Origin: Candidatus Sulfomarinibacter sp.
GTDB taxonomy: Bacteria; Acidobacteriota; Thermoanaerobaculia; Thermoanaerobaculales; Sulfomarinibacteraceae
DNA: 64,000 nt
Assembly (NCBI GenBank): GCA_041560205.1
Contig: JBFFBV010000014.1
Location: forward strand, 3,811-67,810
Direction: 5' to 3'
Below the pieces are notes generated by a model that was not told the DNA's origin, ran no database searches, and was given only the letters and a program-made list of their open reading frames with translations. Below are positions 58,191-64,000 of this stretch, one piece after another (the first letter of the stretch is position 1; each line of letters opens with the position of its first letter). Position numbers and translations under genes: made by a program.

Positions 58191-58199
58191 ATCGTAGCA
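58191..58199 (-). promoter_or_regulatory. extended -10-like TGCTACGAT upstream of barrel paralogue 2
   Basis: Minus-strand TGCTACGAT 47 nt upstream of ATG 58143. Confidence 0.35.
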
Positions 58200-58285
58200 C
58201 GGGGAAAACCCTCATCGGATCCTCATCTCAACCTCAAGTCTCCCGGCATCCCACGCCCTAGCTTGGTGAGGGAAGGGAGGACCCT

Positions 58286-58987
58286 ATGAACAACAGGTTT
58301 CCGAATCAGGTCTTCGCGGTGGCTGTGATCACGTTCTTCACCGTCATGGCATCACTGCCGGGGACCACCTCCGCCGAAGATGATCCGTGGAAAGCGCAGC
58401 TTGCTGACGGTGATCGGTGGATGGTCCGCTTCGCCGCGGTTTTGATGAACCCGAGCGGAAGTGAGGTGAATGTCGCCGGTACCGACGATCAATACTCCTA
58501 TGACGGCAAGAACGGCTACGGTTTCGCGATCGATTTCGAGTACCGCGCTGCCCGTCGACTCGGCATCGATTTTGGCGTGATCTCCGCGTCGCCCGGCATC
58601 GATGTCACCGTCGAAGATGAGTTTGCGAGCGTCTCTGCGGAGGCCGACATCAGACTCACACCGATCTATGCCGCCGCCAATATCTATCTCACCCCGGAGG
58701 GCCGTTTCAATCTCTACATCGGACCCATCTTGGCCTACGTCATCTATGAAAGCTTCGAGCTCAACTCCGGCCCCGGTCAGAGTGAACGGTTCAGCACCGA
58801 GGACGGCTTCGGATACGGCGCCGTGTTGGGTCTGGACATCGAGGTCGGAAGCGGAAAATGGTTCCTCAATACGGCCATCAGGTATCTCGACACCACACTC
58901 GAAGCAGCTCCGCGTGATGACGATGGCGTCGGAAAGGCGGACCTCAACCCGACAATCTTCAGCTTCGGCTTCGGCGTCAGGTTTTGA
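58286..58987 (+). CDS. OmpW-family outer-membrane protein
   Basis: Signal peptide 'FTVMASLPGTTSA', 8-strand-sized beta pattern, C-terminal 'FSFGFGVRF'. Confidence 0.65.
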   Translation: MNNRFPNQVFAVAVITFFTVMASLPGTTSAEDDPWKAQLADGDRWMVRFAAVLMNPSGSEVNVAGTDDQYSYDGKNGYGFAIDFEYRAARRLGIDFGVISASPGIDVTVEDEFASVSAEADIRLTPIYAAANIYLTPEGRFNLYIGPILAYVIYESFELNSGPGQSERFSTEDGFGYGAVLGLDIEVGSGKWFLNTAIRYLDTTLEAAPRDDDGVGKADLNPTIFSFGFGVRF

Positions 58988-59087
58988 TCCCCTGGCTCTG
59001 TTTTCCATCGGGGCCCGGCGGCGCGCTGGGCCTCGACCCGTTCTCCCGGGCACCGATCCCGGGACACGACCCGACAGGACCTTCGGC

Positions 59088-59807
59088 ATGAATGTCGTTC
59101 GCACCCCGCTGCGCTCCCTGCTCGGCCTCTTCCGAGTCCTCGGGAGGGAGGCGCAGGAGAAGCCGCCTTCGCCACCGACGACCTCCGGTGGATCTGGCGG
59201 GGAGGACCGCGAGCGCCTGATCCTCCGCATCCTCAGTACGCTCCGCAACAACAGCATCCTCCTGTGCGGCACGACTGGCAGCGGCAAGACCTCGATCCTT
59301 CTCGAGCTCAAGGATCGTCTCGCGGCCGGCGGGGATCCTGCGACGGTATTCTTTCCGGCCTACGTCAATCTCGAGGGCGTGCCCGAGCAGCTGCTCTTCG
59401 CGACGGTCGCCGATGCGGTTCTCGAGCAGCTCGACTTCGCGCCGCCGAGCAAGGTCGAACGCTTCGGCGCGGACTACGGGCACCGAGAGCTTGTCGGCGA
59501 CTTCCGAGCGGTCATCCGGACGCTCAAGCAATCGAGCCCCAGATCGGCCAGGCTCGTTCTCCTAGTCGATCACATCGACGAGCTCAACACCTATGACCCA
59601 CGGACGACCCAACGCGTCCGAGGTCTCTTCATGACGGGTCTCGATGGAGTCCTCGTGATGGTGGCAACCGCGGTCGAGATCGACAAGCGCTGGGAGCAGG
59701 AGGGGAGCCCCTGGTACAACTTCTTCGAGGAGATCGGCCTCCCCGAGCCGCCGAGCACGGATGCGGACCCGGACGAAGGCCGGGATACAATGGCGCGGAA
59801 TGAATGA
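59088..59807 (+). CDS. type-A ATPase cassette 2: minimal P-loop ATPase
   Basis: Start moved to ATG 59088. Walker A 'GTTGSGKTS', Walker B 'LVLLVDHIDE', shared 'EGSPWYNFFEEI'. Lacks the N-terminal sensor and the C-terminal lid of cassette 1. Confidence 0.7.
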   Translation: MNVVRTPLRSLLGLFRVLGREAQEKPPSPPTTSGGSGGEDRERLILRILSTLRNNSILLCGTTGSGKTSILLELKDRLAAGGDPATVFFPAYVNLEGVPEQLLFATVADAVLEQLDFAPPSKVERFGADYGHRELVGDFRAVIRTLKQSSPRSARLVLLVDHIDELNTYDPRTTQRVRGLFMTGLDGVLVMVATAVEIDKRWEQEGSPWYNFFEEIGLPEPPSTDADPDEGRDTMARNE

Positions 59808-61275
59808 ACAACCCGCGATCGAAGGGGCCCCTGCCGGCGACTTCAGGCTTGCGGACTGGCTGGTCCAGCCGAGCCTCAACCGACTTACCAGCGACGACCG
59901 GGTCATCCAGCTCGAACCCAAGCTGATGGACGTGCTGGTCTACCTGGCTCGGAACGCCGGGCGGGTGGTTTCGAAGCATGAGATCACAGACGCCGTGTGG
60001 CCCGAGGTGTTCATCACCGAATCGGTCATCACCCGTTCGATCGCTGGGCTGCGGCGCGCCTTTACAGACGACGTCAAGAATCCGAAGTTCATCGAGACGA
60101 TTTCGAAGCGCGGCTATCGTTTGATCGCCGAAATTCGTCCGATTTCGATCGAGGCGAGCCGGCGCTTCGGTCACCAAGAGCGGACGCCGGCCGGTTCTTC
60201 AGAAGCGTCAGCGGCAGCCGTTCCCTTCGTCGTCGGACAGTGGGTCCGGGGCGAAACCTTTTACGGACGGACTTCCGTTATCGACGAGGTCCTCCGAGGC
60301 AACCGCAACTGGTTGTGGCTGCTCGGGACCCGGAGGATCGGCAAGACCTCGGTGCTCAAGGAGCTCGAGCACCGCGCCCTGAGCTCGCCCGATCTCGGTT
60401 TCCTGCCGGTCTTCTGGGACCTCCAGGGTGCGGACCGACCGGAAGAGCTCCACCGCGACTTCGCCGACGCGCTCCTCGACGCCGAAGAACGCTTCAGCGA
60501 CCACGGTATCGCCCTCTCCGACGTCCAATCGGACGATCTCTTCGAATCTCTCGGGCACATCCGCCGCACCCTGCTGACGAAAGACCTCCGTCTCCTGCTG
60601 CTCTGCGACGAGGTCGAGGAGCTGATCCAGCTCCAACGCAAGGACCCGTCGCTGCTTCGCAAGCTCCGCAGGGCGCTGCACTCGCGGGACGGCATCCGTT
60701 CGGTGCTTGCATCGAGCGTGCGCCTGTGGAAGCTCGCCGAGCCCGACGAGGACACCTCCCCGTTTCTCGATGGATTCACGCCACCGCTGACCATCGGATC
60801 GTTGGAGCCTGAAGCCGCCCGAAACCTCGTCCGGCAGAGCCAGCTGCCCGAGGCGTCGCGCCCCGATTTCAGCGATCAGGAGGTCGAGCGAATCCGCGAA
60901 CTCTGCGGCAACCACCCGTACCAGATCCAGCTCTTGTGCCGGCGTGCGCTCGACCGTGGAGATCTCGACGAAGCCATCGACGACGTCGCTCACGATCGAG
61001 CGGTCGGGTTTTTCTTTTCCGTCGACTTCGGACTTCTCGGCGACACGGACCGCACCGTCCTCCACATTCTCGCCGGGGAGGATCACGCACCACTCGAAGC
61101 CGTCCAAGGCCAACTTGAGGACCAGCCAGATGCCGTCGCGACCAGCCTCACAATGCTGGAGAGCCTGGGTCTGGTCGGTCAGGGTATCGACGGAGGTTTT
61201 GCCGTCACGAGCCACTTCCTGCGCCGGTGGCTGCGCGAGGCAAACCCCGAATCGCCGGCCTCACCGAAAGCCTGA
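59800..61275 (+). CDS. type-B ATPase cassette 2: OmpR/CadC-type wHTH fused to P-loop ATPase
   Basis: 8-nt overlap (ATGAATGA) with the type-A gene. wHTH: 'FRLADWLVQPSLNRL...LEPKLMDVLVYLARNAGRVVSKHEI...VWPEVFITESVITRSIAGLRRAF...ISKRGYRL'. ATPase: 'PFVVGQWVRGETFYGR', 'GTRRIGKTS', 'LLLLCDEVEE'. Confidence 0.8.
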   Translation: MNEQPAIEGAPAGDFRLADWLVQPSLNRLTSDDRVIQLEPKLMDVLVYLARNAGRVVSKHEITDAVWPEVFITESVITRSIAGLRRAFTDDVKNPKFIETISKRGYRLIAEIRPISIEASRRFGHQERTPAGSSEASAAAVPFVVGQWVRGETFYGRTSVIDEVLRGNRNWLWLLGTRRIGKTSVLKELEHRALSSPDLGFLPVFWDLQGADRPEELHRDFADALLDAEERFSDHGIALSDVQSDDLFESLGHIRRTLLTKDLRLLLLCDEVEELIQLQRKDPSLLRKLRRALHSRDGIRSVLASSVRLWKLAEPDEDTSPFLDGFTPPLTIGSLEPEAARNLVRQSQLPEASRPDFSDQEVERIRELCGNHPYQIQLLCRRALDRGDLDEAIDDVAHDRAVGFFFSVDFGLLGDTDRTVLHILAGEDHAPLEAVQGQLEDQPDAVATSLTMLESLGLVGQGIDGGFAVTSHFLRRWLREANPESPASPKA

Positions 61276-61305
61276 ACACGACGCCTCAGAAATCGAAGTG
61301 GTGGG

Positions 61306-62118
61306 TCACTCCGCGGGCACCCAGTTCGCCCGCGCGTGGGTGCGGCGAAAGCCGTAGCGTTCGATGTTGTGGAAGGAGTGCTGCGCGTCACCGTCGGCCG
61401 CTTCGCCGGTCGAGGTCGCGAAAGCCGTGCACCCCTTCGCGATGCCGTCGGCGAGACGACGGGAGATGACCGCGCCCTGGCTGCCCCGGCGCCGGAACTC
61501 GGGCAGCGTGGCCGCCCAGTCGAGCCACGCGACACCGTCGTGGACCCGCATTGCGCCGCAACCGGCAGGGACACCGCCGTCAAAGCTCAGATAGATGTGC
61601 CACCCTGCACGGCCGACAAGCCCGGCCAACACCGGGGTCCATTCCTCGTCGAGCTCGAAGCCAATCGCCGCGATACGCCCGAAATCGCTTGCGTGCTCCG
61701 CACCGATCTCGCGCACCTCGAGGTCCGAACGTGGCTCGGGCGCGGGTTCCGTTCCACGCGTGAATTTGGCCCACGCACGGTGGTAGGGCTTGAGACCCGT
61801 GTCCGTGAGCCACTGTTCGAGTCCCTCGGGCCGTGCGTCCGGGTCAAGCTGCAGAAAGTAACGGCTCACACCCGCCACGCGGTACCTTTCGACGATCGTC
61901 TCGACGGTTGTCCGGGCTGCGGGGCGATCCACGCCGAGACCGACCACGCGGTTGACCAAGATCGATGGTCTTGCGGAGGCCATCGATAGCAGGACCCCGT
62001 TCACCACTTCCAGCGCGAGCCCGAGCCGCTCCCGGCTGGCAGCCGGGGCGGCGCGGTGGAGATCGGCGAGGGCCGCCCGCTCGGCGGCCTCCGCCTGAAT
62101 TGTGGAATGAACGGTCAT
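61306..62118 (-). CDS. GNAT-family N-acetyltransferase
   Basis: Start moved to ATG 62118. C-terminal acetyl-CoA motif 'LPEFRRRGSQGAVISRRLADG' and 'HNIERYGF'. Confidence 0.75.
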   Translation of the reverse strand: MTVHSTIQAEAAERAALADLHRAAPAASRERLGLALEVVNGVLLSMASARPSILVNRVVGLGVDRPAARTTVETIVERYRVAGVSRYFLQLDPDARPEGLEQWLTDTGLKPYHRAWAKFTRGTEPAPEPRSDLEVREIGAEHASDFGRIAAIGFELDEEWTPVLAGLVGRAGWHIYLSFDGGVPAGCGAMRVHDGVAWLDWAATLPEFRRRGSQGAVISRRLADGIAKGCTAFATSTGEAADGDAQHSFHNIERYGFRRTHARANWVPAE

Positions 62119-62398
62119 CAGGCAGCCCTCTCGCTCACCGGCCTTTGGCCGCCAGACGACGAAAGGACCGAGCGCAAGACCTGGATCCAAGGCCAGTATG
62201 CGGGAGCGCCGCCGGCCTCCCAACAGCGTCCCCAGTGAACCGGCATCTCCCGCTCCAGTGCCAGCGCGGCGATCTCTTCAGCCAAACGGCTCTGCCGATG
62301 CCGGGCTCACCGGTCACCAGCCAGACTCCGCCCCGGCCCTCGGCCGCCTCATCGAGCCCCTTGACCAGCTCGGCCTGCTCGCGAGCCCGCCCGATCAT
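62118..62398 (-). pseudogene. frameshifted, truncated N-terminal remnant of an AAA_16/LuxR-type STAND ATPase
   Basis: MIGRAREQAELVKGLDEAAEGRGGVWLVTGEPGIG, then the frame breaks. Restoring one A in GGC-A(A)G-AGC (near 62292) gives GKSRLAEEIAALALEREMPVHWGRCWEAGGAPAYWPWIQVLRSVL. That frame stops at TGATG, overlapping the GNAT start. Confidence 0.5.
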
Positions 62399-62484
62399 CG
62401 TTGCAGAGCCGCCCGCTTCTTCCGTCGCCAATTCACCTCGACCGCCCCATCGTTTCGACTGAGTCTGAAAATCGATCTGGTGGA

Positions 62485-62493
62485 AGTGTAGCA
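62485..62493 (-). promoter_or_regulatory. extended -10-like TGCTACACT upstream of the ATPase remnant/GNAT
   Basis: Minus-strand TGCTACACT about 90 nt upstream of ATG 62398. Confidence 0.3.
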
Positions 62494-62554
62494 AGCTTGC
62501 ACATCCTCGAGCTGCACCGATAGGATGCTGCTGTCCCGACAAAGGAGGCCGATC

Positions 62555-63502
62555 ATGCCATTCTGCCGACGGACGGTGCCGTTCAAATCCGTGCTGGCGG
62601 TCACCCTCGTGACCCTGCTCGCGGTCTCATCGCTACCCGCAGGAACTGCCGACGGGAAGGCGGAAAAAAAGCTCCTCATCCGCTGCGACGACGTCGGCAT
62701 GTCGCACACGGTGAACTCGGCGGTGCGCGAGCTCATCGAGTCCGGCCTGCCCTTTTCCGCCTCCGTCATGATCGCCTGCCCCTGGTACCTGGAAGCGGTC
62801 GAAATTCTCAAAGCCAATCCGCAGATCGGCGTCGGTATCCACCTCACCCTCAACTCGGAGTGGCAGCACTACAAATGGGGTCCGGTGCTGGGCGCGGCCA
62901 AGGTTCCGTCGCTGGTCGACCGGAACGGGCACTTCTACGCCTCGGAGGCGGAGTTCGCGGCGGCGAAGGCCAGCCTCGAAGAGGTCGAGATGGAGCTGCG
63001 CGCTCAGATCGAGCGTGCCCTGACCGCCGGCCTGCGGGTCGACTACCTGGACTATCACATGCTGACCGCCGTCTCGACGCCCGAGCTGCGCACGATCGTC
63101 GAAAAGCTGGCGTCCGAGTACGGTCTCGGGCTGTCCCGGTACTTCGGCGAATCCTCGGTCTCGATCTGGGCGGATGCACCTGCCGACAAGCTGACGAGCC
63201 TTCTGAGCCACACGCGAGACATCCGACCGGGTCTCAACATGCTGGTCATTCACCTCGGGATGGAGACGCCTGAGATGGTGGCGATGGTCGACACCAACTA
63301 CGAGGAGGATCCTTACCGGGTCGCCATCCACCGTCAGGCCGAGCTTGACGCCGTCACCTCGCCGGCCTTTCAAAGGGCACTCGAGAACGCCGGTATTGAG
63401 CTCACGACCTATCAGGAGATCATTGCCGAGATGGGGCTCGAATCGATGACCCCGCCCGACGACCTCACGAGCTACGAATCGAGCTTCGTCGCGGAAGAGT
63501 GA
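62555..63502 (+). CDS. ChbG/HpnK (YdjC-like) carbohydrate deacetylase, secreted
   Basis: ATG 62555 after AAAGGAGG. Signal peptide, then 'LLIRCDDVGMSHTVNSA', 'GIHLTLNSEW', 'VDYLDYHM'. Confidence 0.8.
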   Translation: MPFCRRTVPFKSVLAVTLVTLLAVSSLPAGTADGKAEKKLLIRCDDVGMSHTVNSAVRELIESGLPFSASVMIACPWYLEAVEILKANPQIGVGIHLTLNSEWQHYKWGPVLGAAKVPSLVDRNGHFYASEAEFAAAKASLEEVEMELRAQIERALTAGLRVDYLDYHMLTAVSTPELRTIVEKLASEYGLGLSRYFGESSVSIWADAPADKLTSLLSHTRDIRPGLNMLVIHLGMETPEMVAMVDTNYEEDPYRVAIHRQAELDAVTSPAFQRALENAGIELTTYQEIIAEMGLESMTPPDDLTSYESSFVAEE

Positions 63503-63613
63503 ATCGCGAGCCCTCAGCAACTGGTGGTCAGCCCTCAGCCGTCATCTTTGAGCTCCCCCACGCACCCAGGGAGTTTTTGACTGCCGACTGCTGATTGCTG
63601 ATGGCCGACAGCT

Positions 63614-64000
63614 TCAGTCGCCGGCAAGGCGAAGCATTTCGCCGCCAGCGAGGAGGAAGGCGCCGGTGCCGTACTCCATGCTGTCGTCGGCGGTGACCGA
63701 TCGCGGGTCGTAGCCGATCTGCTGCACCCATCCGAGACGTCCGTCGGCCTGCTGCGCCCACACCAGGCCTTCCCACGCCTTGCGAACCGCCGGCATGAAG
63801 CCGTCGCGATCCAGCAACCCGCTGTTCACCCCCCACGCCAGGCCGAAGGTGAAGAAACCGGTACCGCTCGACTCCGGAATCGGGAACTCCTCAGGGTCGA
63901 GGAGGCTCGATCGCCACAGACCGTCCCCACCCTGGACCACAGCCAGTGCCGCGGCCATGTCGCGAAAGAGCTCCTCGTAGCGCGGCCGATCCGGATAGTC
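63614..64000 (-). CDS. glycoside hydrolase family 88/105 (unsaturated glucuronyl/rhamnogalacturonyl hydrolase-like), 3' part; continues past right edge
   Basis: 'GLWRSSLLDPEEFPIPESSGTGFFTFGLAWGVNSGLLD...GRLGWVQQIGYDP...YGTGAFLLAG'. The reading frame stays open to position 64000 (DYPDRPRYEELFRD upstream of the listed Met). Confidence 0.75.
   Translation of the reverse strand, partial: DYPDRPRYEELFRDMAAALAVVQGGDGLWRSSLLDPEEFPIPESSGTGFFTFGLAWGVNSGLLDRDGFMPAVRKAWEGLVWAQQADGRLGWVQQIGYDPRSVTADDSMEYGTGAFLLAGGEMLRLAGD

Noticed and set aside
62135-62542. Track ORF 62135-62542 (-, 135 aa), considered as an intact gene.
   Set aside because: Only residues 49-83 look like a real protein (an AAA_16 N-terminus), and the rest is out-of-frame sequence. 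It is reinterpreted as the frameshifted remnant at 62118-62398.

Overview
This is a 64-kb, visibly GC-rich chromosomal segment (roughly two-thirds G+C by eye, not computed). It comes from a diderm bacterium: Skp, OmpW, FadL-like barrels and lipoproteins are all present. The many PEGA, FGE-sulfatase and TPR proteins suggest an Acidobacteriota- or Myxococcota-like lineage, but that is a guess. I support about 55 protein-coding genes. I recognise no rRNA, tRNA, CRISPR array, transposase or integrase. All family calls rest on motifs read by eye, and no searches were run.

Housekeeping genes are recA, ligA, pcnB, nrdR, lon, surE, a thymidine phosphorylase, queD, a UDP-glucuronate decarboxylase and a sodium:solute symporter.

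Two clusters stand out.
(A) 5.97-16.4 kb is a tightly coupled nine-gene operon. It encodes two lipoproteins, a TM/TPR-like protein, an FHA-TM-5xPEGA-FGE-sulfatase protein, a 70-aa peptide, one MotA/TolQ/ExbB-like channel, a degenerate Hsp70-fold+FHA protein, and two paralogous proteins with an ExbD/TolR-like Asp-containing TM helix, a coiled coil and a VWA head. I read it as a candidate undescribed ion-driven (5:2-type) envelope machine.
(B) 47.6-61.3 kb contains two copies of a two-gene P-loop ATPase cassette, type A followed by type B. The copies carry swapped accessory domains: periplasmic TPR+TM, a Ser/Thr kinase, and an OmpR-type wHTH. They bracket two paralogous FadL-like barrels, an OmpW and a serine hydrolase with a tandem uncharacterised repeat.

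Non-coding signals are:
- a dispersed inverted-repeat family (core TGCATCTTGTATC) bracketing an orphan response regulator
- G-tract hexanucleotide microsatellites at three intergenic sites
- a recurrent extended -10-like motif TGCTACAnT
- a 478-nt gene-free region with nested stems
- a frameshifted AAA_16 ATPase remnant
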